Below the pieces are notes generated by a model. The model had not been told where the DNA came from and searched no databases. It was given only the letters and a program-made list of their open reading frames with translations. 64,000 nt of DNA, taken from Eledone cirrhosa. Lineage: Eukaryota. The stretch spans positions 86,986,001 to 87,050,000 of the forward strand of contig OZ024744.1 in the NCBI GenBank assembly GCA_964016885.1, written 5' to 3'. Position 1 is the stretch's first letter, and every line of letters starts with the position of its first letter. This document shows positions 40,931 through 52,675 of the stretch, in pieces. The position numbers and the translations under genes are program-made.

Positions 40931-41038
40931 ATGTATTTGTGTGTGCGTATGTAAATGTATGTGTATGTCCGTGGGCGCATACGTTTGTACTGGCCTAAAT
41001 CTTCACTATTTACTTTTACTATTTTAAGACAATATTAA

Positions 41039-41145
41039 AATCCCGCAGAGGTTAACTTTGCCTTTCATCATTATGGGGTCGATAAAATAAAGTACCAGTA
41101 ATGTACTGGATAATTGCTGACCTTGTGCCAAAAGTAGAAACAACT
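41039..41145 (+). mobile_element. Nin-domain SINE, 5'-truncated
   Basis: CTTTGCCTTTCATCATTATGGGGTCGATAAAATAAAGTACCAG. Confidence 0.75.
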
Positions 41146-41621
41146 ATTTTAATAATCTCTGTCATTTTCGTTTACAATTTTATTTACATCATTCTTAAAC
41201 TCCGGGGCTGGAAATCATTCGGTTATTTTAAATAGAATATTAGTCTAACGACTCCATTTACACCATAAACTTGGTCTTGTCTTTGCATGAAATTGTTCTT
41301 CTCAGTCCACATAACGACGTATTATCCTCGCTTTTTTTCCGTTCATTACCAGGGAACGTCTTCACGAACCAAAATATCGTCTTCCTGTTTTCCTTCGGTT
41401 GCATCGTTATTCGAAATATTTAATTCTGCTTTCACAGATTGAATTTTTTAGTTTCAGAAGATCCCGTTAATGTTGAAAGCAGCGATTCTTTGCTTAAACT
41501 TTCTTTCTTTCTCAACCCCTCTCCCTTTTTTCTCATACCGTCTCTCTCTCTCTCTTTCTCTCCCTCACTCATACCCCTCTCTCTCTCTTCCTCTACAGAA
41601 TGGAGAACAATAAAGAACGCA

Positions 41622-41744
<123 letters not shown>

Positions 41745-41989
41745 GTCTTTATATATATGTGAGTTTGTATGTGTGTGAACCAGCGTTCGTCGTCATTCTC
41801 TCTCTCTCTCTATGTCTCTCTATCTGATTATCTTGTACATCTCTCTGTATAACGACCTATCTCACTCTCTCTCTCTCTCTCTAAATCTCCCTTTCTCTCT
41901 TTAGATGTATATGTATACGTGTGTGTGTGTGATATATATATATATAGAGAGTTGCAACATGTATGTAGTTTCATAGATTTTTTAGGGTA

Positions 41990-42212
41990 GTAATGATAGT
42001 GAATGAGCGTGTAAGAGAGAGTGTTACAGCTTATATATAGTTTTATCGATTTTTTTTTCATAGAAGCAGGAAATTTTTGGCAAAGTTTATTACGCGGTGA
42101 CCATCCTTGGTAAATTTGGAGCACATTGGCAATATCGGTAGAGAAATGTGGAAATGCATAAAGATCATACATACACACAGACAGACATCTTCCGTTTTAT
42201 ATATATATATAA
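41990..42212 (-). mobile_element. 5' portion of a non-autonomous Helitron
   Basis: Minus strand TATATATATAAAACGGAAGATGTCTGTCTGTGTG resembles the 33502 terminus; shares GAAATGCATAA with ~40895. Confidence 0.55.
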
Positions 42213-42367
42213 ACGCGGTAGTAACAAATCGCTACGTACACCAACACACACTTACATATTAGACGTATATATTAAGTTTACAAAAACATAATAACATAAA
42301 CGGACTGTTACGCCGAAGAAGAACTTGCTTAAATGATAGTGTATAACATACATTCGGGTTAAGGTTA

Positions 42368-42450
<83 letters not shown>

Positions 42451-42546
42451 CATACATACCAAATATGTATGTATGTATGTGTATATGTATGCATATATGT
42501 ATACATGTATGTATATATGTATGGATATATGTATGTATGTAAGTAT

Positions 42547-42592
<46 letters not shown>

Positions 42593-42625
42593 ATATATGT
42601 ATGGATATATGTACGTATGTATTTA

Positions 42626-42679
<54 letters not shown>

Positions 42680-42763
42680 AGTATATGTGTGTATGTATGC
42701 ATATATGTATATGTATATACGTATGTATGTAAGTGTGTGTGTATATATGCTTATATGTATGTT

Positions 42764-42883
<120 letters not shown>

Positions 42884-43672
42884 AGGACTATAGGCTTAAA
42901 GCAACGTGGAGAACTCATCATTTTCGACAGATGGCTGCTTAATATCTCCGTTATTTATTGATTCTTATGATCGATAGATCTTTGTAGATTAACCTTTTCT
43001 TTCTTTTTTCTTATCGACACTTTTTGTCTTGGAAATTGCGTTGTAGGTATTTAATTTTACATTGTTGCTGTTGTAATGTGTGTTAGTTATTATATTTATT
43101 GTTATTTTGTACAATGTGTGCGTGTCCACTCGCTCACGCTCATGTCTTTGTTTGTGTGTGTTCGTATGTGTATCTGTTTGCGCGTACCTCTTTATCCGGG
43201 TGCATCCATGCCTCTGTATATCCGGTCGACAACTTGTATGCCAGTCCGTATGCGTATGTCCGAGTGTGAGGGTGTGTGATTGTGTGCTTGCGTGCTTGTG
43301 TATGTGTGGTGTGTGTGTGTGTTTGTTTATGTGTTTATGTGTATGTGTGTGTGTGTATGTGTGTTTGTTTATGTGTTTATGTGTATGTGTGTGTGTGTAT
43401 GTGTGTTTGTTTATGTGTTTATGTGTATGTGTGCATTGGTTGTGTATGATATATTGTATATGTTAACGAGTGTGACGATAACTCATGTTGAATGCATCTA
43501 TATAAAGGTTTGCCTTACTTTTCGTGTGCACAACAGAATCTCTCCTTTTCATCGTTTATTAATGTGAAAATAATCGTTTATCAGAAGTAATTATGAATAT
43601 TTGCAACCTATTATTTTGGAAATATACGCATTCTTGTAAATAAACAAAAGAAAGAAAATATATATATTGGTG

Positions 43673-43870
<198 letters not shown>

Positions 43871-43897
43871 ATTTATATATATATTTATATATATATA

Positions 43898-43949
<52 letters not shown>

Positions 43950-43956
43950 TATAAAT

Positions 43957-44116
<160 letters not shown>

Positions 44117-44127
44117 CGATATATATA

Positions 44128-44570
44128 TCGTTTCTGAATTTGTTTAGCAAGATTCTTTATCTGAAAACGTGTGTTGAAACCGATATTGTTATACTTTGGG
44201 AGGGTCAATAAGAAACACACGCACCAGTTCCTTTCATTTCAATTTATTATAATAAATTTATAAATTTAGGAATTTATAAATTTCCGGTTGGTTGGTTCCA
44301 CAACCAGATGGTTCCTTATATATTGTCAAAGTTATTTCCTCACACATTCTGTGACCTCTTCAGAAAAGAATCCCCAGTCACTGAAGAGGTCACAGAATGT
44401 GTGACGAAAGAACTTTGACAATATATAAACAACCATCTGGTTGTGGAACCAACCAACCAACCGGAAATTTATAAATTCCTAAATTTATAAATTTATTATA
44501 ATAAATAGAAGTGAAAGCATGGTGCGTGTGTTTCTTATTGGCAACATGACCCTCCCAAAGTATAACAATA
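44128..44570. mobile_element. Family P2 inverted dimer with intact hammerhead at 44377-44419 (+)
   Basis: 44185-44363 is the reverse complement of 44381-44570; GUCA-CUGAAGA-GGUCACA gaaug UGUGAC-GAAA-GAAC-UU|UGAC. Confidence 0.78.
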
Positions 44571-44580
44571 TATATATATA

Positions 44581-44768
44581 TAACAAAGGAAGTGTGGTAG
44601 GGAACCAGGTGGACTATAACGCACCAGAGTACTCGATACTATGTGTAGTAGATTGTGTAATGGGAAAAGAATCAGGACGCCGACGGCTAAGCTTCGACCG
44701 TTACGACAGTTATTTCTGTTAAGAAATAGCTGTCGAAACGGCCGGAGCTCAGCCGTCGGGGTCCTGAC
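44581..44768 (+). mobile_element. Family H copy with imperfect hairpin (44672-44767)
   Basis: Homologous to 11552-11760 (inverted) and 14895-15127. Confidence 0.7.
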
Positions 44769-44801
<33 letters not shown>

Positions 44802-45034
44802 CTATATATATATATATATATATATATACATAAATAAATGAATATATATATATAATTAAAATAACAGATTAAAGTTTGAGCAAAGCATCGCTATTATCAC
44901 CCTTAGCTTGATCTTTTGATATATATTTATCCTTATCGAATCCTCTTTGGATTTTAGTCTCCACATTTATTATTATTACTATATATATATATATATTTAT
45001 ATATATACGGGAATTGAATAATCAAGACCGTAGC

Positions 45035-45172
45035 GGTATGTCATATATCAAATCATATATTTTGTCTGATGAGGACGTACTGAAAAAAACAGCAGAGTAC
45101 CTTTGAAATATATATAATAAAGTATATCTTTTGATTATGCGAATATCTTTCATCTGTTAATATTTTGAATAT
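45035..45172 (+). mobile_element. Family P1 copy with hammerhead at 45058-45125
   Basis: UUUUGU-CUGAUGA-GGACGUACU...AGUACCUUU-GAAA-UAUAUA-UA|AUAAAG. Confidence 0.7.
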
Positions 45173-45194
45173 ATACACACATAAATAAATAATA

Positions 45195-45272
<78 letters not shown>

Positions 45273-45746
45273 AATAAATAATATATTTATATATACATAA
45301 ATAAATAAATATATACACCAGTACAATAACAACAAACATATAAACACACACTAGTAAACAAAGATAGAATACAAAAACGAAATCACATACACTCAAACGC
45401 GAACGAACACACACACACCGAGCATATCCACACGCAAACGCATGCGTAGAGACGGAGACAAAAATAAATAAATAAAATAAAAATGGCGTAGACATTACAA
45501 TACAATACAATACAATAGGAGAGAACATAATAGTACCACTGATGATGTTGCAGATGTGCAACGAAAGAACTATATATATATATATTTATATCTGTATTTT
45601 ATCCGCTGGTCAATCAATGATAAATGTTGATTGCCAAATAAATTAACTATGGAGATATAAAAGATACAGAAGCGAAAACCAACCAAACAGTGAGTGTATT
45701 CTGTTATTATTTCTGACAATATTATTACAACAATATGACCCTCCAC

Positions 45747-45778
<32 letters not shown>

Positions 45779-46909
45779 ATGTGTGTGTGTGTGTGTGTGT
45801 GCGCGCGCGCGCAGGCGTGTGCGTGTGTGTGTGTGTGCGTGTGTGTGTATGTGCGCGCGCGCGCGCGTGTGTTTATATATATACATGTATATATATATAT
45901 GAATGTATGTATAGTATAATTTATAATATACTGTATGTTTACTTAAAAACATTTTTAAGACCATTCGCTATATGCTTTAAAGTAGTGACTATGTCACTTA
46001 CATTGTCTCGTCAAAAACATAGGGAAGCAACCGACAGCTGTTTCTCGTTTGTTAACGGTTATCAAGATTGCTTATCCCTCCGCTTCTGCCGAGACTTATG
46101 GAAGCTGGATTCTTATAGAATTCCAGTGCTGTTTAAGAGCTGATTAATCAGGTAGACGCCCTCCATCATCCACTAGATCAATCATATTTCGCCACTGAGC
46201 TCTGTCTATTGCAAGATTTTCCTATGTTTCAGGCAATCTTTAAGGCGCTATTCTGACATGTGTTTGCATACATTTCGGGATTTTGCAACATCAAAAGAAC
46301 TAGCAGAAAAACGACACTGCGCGCGGTTTTCTGCTAGCATATGTAGTGTGCATATTGGTATTATACGCATGTAAATCGAAAAGTAAATTGACAATATCTT
46401 ATTATTCGCCCACTTATTTCTGAGAGGGTCGTGGGAGCAGTCCTTCACAAACACTCCTTCCAGCGAGTCTGTCAGAAGCAAACGTCTCTAACTGATCCAG
46501 CTGAATACCAAAGCGTGACCAGCCAAGCGTGCTATCCAACTATTTTGCTCAGGGTCTACCTCTGGGAATCTAGCCGGTTGGTTTTGCCTGTAAAATATGT
46601 CCAGCGATTCTTTACTGGGACATTCTAACCACATGCTCATAATATCGGAGTTGTGATCTCTCAATTCGGAGAATTAACGGCTCTATGTTTCAGGAAATCT
46701 TTAAGGCGCTATTCTGACTTGTATTTCCAGTTATAGAAATACATTTCGGATTTTGCAACATTAAAAGAATGTTTTGGAATCTGGCCATTTTAAAATGTTT
46801 TTATTAAAGCAGTTAACTCTGTTTTTGCACCAACCAATAATATACCACATATACGATGGATGATAGGAACCATAACTTTGAGAGCTTTTTTCATTTGGAC
46901 AGAGAGAGA

Positions 46910-47048
<139 letters not shown>

Positions 47049-47308
47049 GGACAGAAAGAGAGGGAGAGGGAGAGAGTGAAAGAGAGAACCTAGAATAAGC
47101 GGAGATGGCCTAAGCTGGCATAAGTTTGCTTCAAATAGGTTGCAAACACCTCTATTTCAAAGTACCAGCTTAGTAACACATTGTGTTTGATTTGACTTCA
47201 GACAACGGTTAAAATTTGTTAATTACTTTTAAGATATTTTAACTAGTGTCTATCAGGCAATCCACTTCATCGCACAAACGAATGGCCATCGTGAACGTGT
47301 GTCTGTGC

Positions 47309-47448
<140 letters not shown>

Positions 47449-47699
47449 GCATATATGCATATGTGTGTGTACGACTCTATGTATGTATATATGTTTATAT
47501 ATTCATCTATATCGGTTTTATAGACTAACACGTTATTTATGGGTCATTTGTTTAATTTAAAAAAAAAATTGACGAAGTTTGGCGCCATATATTGAGTACA
47601 CTGCTATTGATCGTAGTCAACTTTGTCGTTAAGAACAGAAAGACTCCCAATACATGTGCGAGCGTGTGTGTTAAATTCTGGCCGTGTGTGTACGTGCGC

Positions 47700-47772
<73 letters not shown>

Positions 47773-48503
47773 AGCGAGAGAAAGAAAGAATAAGTGAAGG
47801 ACATGTGAGTGTATGTATTTATGCATATATATATATATGTGTGTATGTGTGTGTATATAAACATATGAGTTGGTGTGCGTGCGGAAATGATCTTTCTTTA
47901 TTTATTACATCTTTTTATTTTTATTTTACCCATCTGTACAATATTGAGCAGATTTTTCTGTCCGGCCAGCTTTCCTTAATCTGCTTATGTTTCGGACACA
48001 AAGTAGCCAATTGCTTCAAAAATGAAGGAGACGATGAAGACCAAAACATAACCTGCATTGATTTGTGTCCAAGGGGCTTTCTCTTTACAAACATACATTA
48101 GAAGATCTCGGGTCACGGATCTCTTAACCTTGACTACATGTCAGAGGTTACAAGTTGATTCATGCTAATTAATTAACAGTCTGTGGTTTTTGCATCAGAA
48201 TTATGAGACTGCATCAGTCTCTTGTTTATACGGCTGTCTGTCTACATGTGTGGTTGTGTGTATACGTGTTTCAGTGATTATGTTTATAAAAACTCAAACT
48301 AATACTAATACTCTATTTTTAGTCTATCTACGCCTCTTTTTCTTTTATATATATATATATATATTTTTATATTTATATATATGTTTGTGTGTGTGTGTGT
48401 GTGTGTACGTGTGCGTGTATGTTTATGTGTCTATGTATACATACATATGCACACTGACACAGATACGCATATATAACTGCATACAGTATATATTATATGT
48501 ACA

Positions 48504-48601
<98 letters not shown>

Positions 48602-49229
48602 CATGTTCGTGTGTGTGTGTGTTTATACATCTGGAAGGAGGGTCAATACACACTTATGAAGACAACATAGACATACAATGAATAGACATATGTCACTCTA
48701 TGATCAGCGACTCTCTCTCTCTTTCACTCTTTCTAATTCGCTCTATTTATCAAACAATCGATCTGTTTTGTGTGTCTGTCCACAAAAAAAAAGATGTAAA
48801 CTAACAACACAACACCCAACATCAACATCAACAGTAACTTTGCTTATATCCAAGTATACTTTAATCTAACTCTGTACACTAATTAATTTCCTATGTGGTC
48901 ATCCTCTCTTAATAATAATAACAACAACAACAATATTAATAATAATAGTAATAATAATAATAATAATGATTTCTTTATTAACCACAAGGGTTTACATAAA
49001 GTAGACATTAAGGACAGTGCAGGACAATGCAGGACGGTACAAATGGGCATTTCTGCGTGTAAAAAAACAAAAACAGAGGATGTAACAAAAATAACAATGA
49101 AAATAACAATGAAAAATTCCCCAATAGGGGGGAGACTTCGGAGGGACATTTGTGGAGAAAGCCCAGTAAAAAGCCACAATGACCCTGACCACCAAGGCAA
49201 GTGCCCTCTCCCAGTTTTCCACCTTTAGT

Positions 49230-52200
49230 TTACAGATATATACTCAGAGTCGGCCCATTCACTCGGGCCATTCTTGCTTCTCTCACCCATCTTTCAACAA
49301 AATGCTGGGAAGAGAGCACTTCCCTCTCTACTCTGATTTTCCTTTTCAAATGAAATTTGAAAAAGTCAATCAGAGCATCACCGAAGAGGTAAGTGCTCGT
49401 CTTCAGCCCTTTCAAACGTGTCCTCTCTTTCGCCATGGCCACCAGACAGATAAAAACTGCCTGCCCTTCCCGGCTAAAGGAGGAGGGCGGGGCAATCCTC
49501 ACGATGGACTCAGATGATAGCTGGATCCGTCCTAAACGCGACAGCAGGTGTTCGACATAAACCCACAAGTCAGCAATTTTCGGACAATGGACGAGTGCGT
49601 GCAGGACGGTTTCGTCGCCCTGCGCGCATCTCGGACATGCCCGGCTGACGGCACCTCCATGCCTGTAGAGTTTATCCCGAACTGGCAAGGCTCCTCGGTA
49701 GCACTGCCAGGCCAGAGATTTCTGGAAGTTGTCCATAGGCCCTGGCCCGAAAGTTCTTCCGAAGAGATTGGCTAGTTGATTTTCGTCGACGCCTAGAGTT
49801 TCCCCAAGTACGTCGTCGCTCTTCCCCTCCACTAATCCTCTATAGAACGCCGAGGTGGAGTTTCCACCGATCACATTGCCCGATTGGTCGAGGGCTGTGA
49901 GCGCCTGAAGACATTCCAGTCTCCACGCGCTCCCTCTCGGTCTTCGCTTGACCCAGGACTGCAGCTCCGTCAAGGAAACGAGCTGGGGAAAAACGCGTCT
50001 AGCAAACGGCGACCACACCTGATCACCGTCGAGGAAGAGGTGGAGATGTCGTAGCCTGAGCGCGTGCCTGCGCATCATCAGCCACGGCATGCCCAGCCCT
50101 CCACGTAGCGGGTGTTGACAACAGATGGACCGCCTGACCATCGGAGCACGTCCCTTCCACAAAAAGCGAAAGAGCAAACGCTCCAGCGCAGTCAGGCGAG
50201 GCTTAGGACAAGGTACGACGGTTAGGCGGTAGCAGATGACAGACGCGATGTACGCGTTAGCCACCTCCGCTCGACCTTTCAGGGATAGCTTCCTCTCCGC
50301 CCATTTCTGGGTGAGAGAAGCCACCCTGCTCGTCACCTCGTCCCAGTTTTTGTCCGTCTGGAGGTCCGGACCGAACCAGACCCCTAGCAATTTAACCGGT
50401 CCGTCCGTCCAGCGCCCGACGACGCTGTTGGACGGCATGGACCTGCCTCTCCAGGTGCCGAGCTGCAGGCCCACTGACTTTTCCTGGTTGATCATTGCTC
50501 CTGTCACCGCTTCGTATTCTCTTAGTGTAGTGCCGATCGCCTCGATGTGTTTGGCGTTCGACACCACTACGGTGACATCGTCCGCATATGCTGACACGGA
50601 TCTTCCGCATCCTAGTTCGCGCGGGACTCCCCTCAACGTCTCCAGTTTGTGCAGTAATGGCTCGAGAGTCAATACGTACAAGAGGGACGAGAGGGGACAT
50701 CCTTGGCGGACCGAGCGCATGATGTTGAACGGTTCCGACAGGTGACCGTTCACTCTCACCACAGAGCAGATGTCGCTGTGCATGGCAGCGATCCAGCCTC
50801 TGAAGACGGGCCCAAAGCCAGCCGCCCTCAGGACTGCCGCTAGGTAACGATGGTTGACCCTATCGAAAGCTTTCGACTGATCTAAATTGATCAAGGACCC
50901 ACCCGTGCCAGGTTCCCTAGCTACCCTCTCTACGATGTATCGCATGAGGTGGAGGTTGTCGTGGATGGATCTGTCGGGAATGGCGCATGTCTGCGCCTCT
51001 CCCACCAGACCACCAACGACAAGCGCCAACCTCTTTGCTAGCACCTTGGCCAAAATCTTAAACTCTGTGTTTAGCAGAGTTATGGGCCGGAAATTGTCTA
51101 TGTTATCCCCCTTGTTCGGATCCTTTCTCAGCAGTGCCACCGCTCCTCGGCTCACAGAACTGGGAATTCTCCCGTTCTGTTGCCAGTTGCAGTAGACGTC
51201 CGCCAAGAGGCCTCCGAACAAGTCTGGCATCTGTACGTAAAGTTCATAGGGCAGACCATCCAAACCAGGCGATTTACCCCTTGTGCAGCCAGTCATTGCC
51301 TCCCGTACTTCAGCGGCTGTTATCGGCTTTTCGCAACACCTCGCCTCAGTGGCCGAGAGCCGCGGCAGCCCGTCGAGGTAGACACTAAAGTCCATCCCTC
51401 TACCCGGCCCCCCGCTGCCCCCGAACAGCTGAGCGAAGTGTCGCTGAAAAGCTTCACACATTTGCCCGGGATCGAGTAGCATGCGCCCGTCGTGGTCCAC
51501 CAAAGACCGGATCGTGGCTTTGTTGCCACGACGCGCCTCCGCCACTCGGGCCCATTGAACGGCTTTCGTCCCCTCGTGTCTGAGAGCACGGACCCTAGCT
51601 CTGACAACGCAGCCTTCGTGCTTTGCATTGAAGAATTGGTCAAGGGCCAATTTCGCCGCAAGCACGTCGGTCGCAATGCCTTTGCTAAGCGCCTCGTCTA
51701 ATTTTCTAACTAGTTCTCCCTCTGCTCTATTTTTCTCTATTGCTAAAGCCTTACTAAACCTAATCGATTCTATTCTAATCGCTCTTTTCAGAGCAAACCA
51801 CCACTTGTTGTTGACGATGGCCCCCGTCAACGCTCGCTTAACTAGTTCGCTAATCCGGTCTCTGTAGGCCTTGCGCGCTGGTAAGGACGCGTTTAGCTTC
51901 CAGTAGCCGGGTCCTCGTCTATGAAGCCTATCTAAGTCAAGCACACAGGTCACGAATTTGTGGTCCGTGTAGCTGACTATCTTGAATTGTGGACAGCCTA
52001 TGCTAGACCTATCTATTTCCCTACAAAATACTCTATCTAGATATGATCTGGATGACCCTATGCGGTTTGTCCAAGTCCACATTGGCACATTCGGGAAATC
52101 CAATCGGTACCTGTCAGACAGTTCAAAACGCCTGAGCAGGTTGGTGAGGCTCTTGCACCCTCCACCCCTATCCGCTAATCCCACACAGTCCCAGCGTGCA

Positions 52201-52640
52201 TCTAAGATCCCGTTCCAGTCGCCCACTAACACTAAAGAGCGGGACGTTCCAAGAAAGGTCTCCAGACGCCGGAAGAAATCAGGCCGCCCTGCTCCTGTCG
52301 GGGCATAGACGGCCACTAGCCTGAAAGCTTGCCCGTCTCCGCTGGTCACGTCCAGCACCACCAGCTTACCCTCTGGGTCCAGGAAGATGGCCCGTATGGC
52401 GAGATCCAAACCTCTCCGAAAAAGTACAGCAACTCCTCCACCGGATCCAGGACGGCTGGGAGATGCGTACACATCGTAGCCGCCGAAGATCGGTGCGAAG
52501 GCCCGTGCTTCGGAGATTCTGGTCTCGCTGATGGCCACTACATCTATGTTTAGTGACCTGAGGTCGTTGAGCAGGTGACCCTGCTTCCATGACGACCCCA
52601 AGCCACGCGCATTTATGCTGCCTATTCTGAGTGAGGTCAT
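49230..52640 (-). CDS. Tx1 ORF2p: APE endonuclease + reverse transcriptase + C-terminal CCHC
   Basis: 1136 aa: SINARGL, VAISET, VYAP, GDWN, SYLD, TDH (APE); KSPGLDG, FRPITLLN, DQSKAFD, VRQGCPLS, YADD, LLG (RT); CPRC..ETVLHALVHC. Confidence 0.95.
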   Translation of the reverse strand: MTSLRIGSINARGLGSSWKQGHLLNDLRSLNIDVVAISETRISEARAFAPIFGGYDVYASPSRPGSGGGVAVLFRRGLDLAIRAIFLDPEGKLVVLDVTSGDGQAFRLVAVYAPTGAGRPDFFRRLETFLGTSRSLVLVGDWNGILDARWDCVGLADRGGGCKSLTNLLRRFELSDRYRLDFPNVPMWTWTNRIGSSRSYLDRVFCREIDRSSIGCPQFKIVSYTDHKFVTCVLDLDRLHRRGPGYWKLNASLPARKAYRDRISELVKRALTGAIVNNKWWFALKRAIRIESIRFSKALAIEKNRAEGELVRKLDEALSKGIATDVLAAKLALDQFFNAKHEGCVVRARVRALRHEGTKAVQWARVAEARRGNKATIRSLVDHDGRMLLDPGQMCEAFQRHFAQLFGGSGGPGRGMDFSVYLDGLPRLSATEARCCEKPITAAEVREAMTGCTRGKSPGLDGLPYELYVQMPDLFGGLLADVYCNWQQNGRIPSSVSRGAVALLRKDPNKGDNIDNFRPITLLNTEFKILAKVLAKRLALVVGGLVGEAQTCAIPDRSIHDNLHLMRYIVERVAREPGTGGSLINLDQSKAFDRVNHRYLAAVLRAAGFGPVFRGWIAAMHSDICSVVRVNGHLSEPFNIMRSVRQGCPLSSLLYVLTLEPLLHKLETLRGVPRELGCGRSVSAYADDVTVVVSNAKHIEAIGTTLREYEAVTGAMINQEKSVGLQLGTWRGRSMPSNSVVGRWTDGPVKLLGVWFGPDLQTDKNWDEVTSRVASLTQKWAERKLSLKGRAEVANAYIASVICYRLTVVPCPKPRLTALERLLFRFLWKGRAPMVRRSICCQHPLRGGLGMPWLMMRRHALRLRHLHLFLDGDQVWSPFARRVFPQLVSLTELQSWVKRRPRGSAWRLECLQALTALDQSGNVIGGNSTSAFYRGLVEGKSDDVLGETLGVDENQLANLFGRTFGPGPMDNFQKSLAWQCYRGALPVRDKLYRHGGAVSRACPRCAQGDETVLHALVHCPKIADLWVYVEHLLSRLGRIQLSSESIVRIAPPSSFSREGQAVFICLVAMAKERTRLKGLKTSTYLFGDALIDFFKFHLKRKIRVEREVLSSQHFVERWVREARMARVNGPTLSIYL

Positions 52641-52675
52641 GTTTAAAATAGAGTGGAAAAGATGGGAAAGACCAC

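Noticed and set aside
46222-46770. ~75-bp direct repeats (46222-46298 and 46682-46769) as LTRs
   Set aside because: No TG..CA ends, PBS or PPT; more likely a duplicated end of an unidentified decayed repeat
50236-52308. Plus-strand ORFs antisense to Tx1 ORF2, repeated in copies A and C
   Set aside because: Shadows of a GC-rich coding strand; recurrence reflects copy identity
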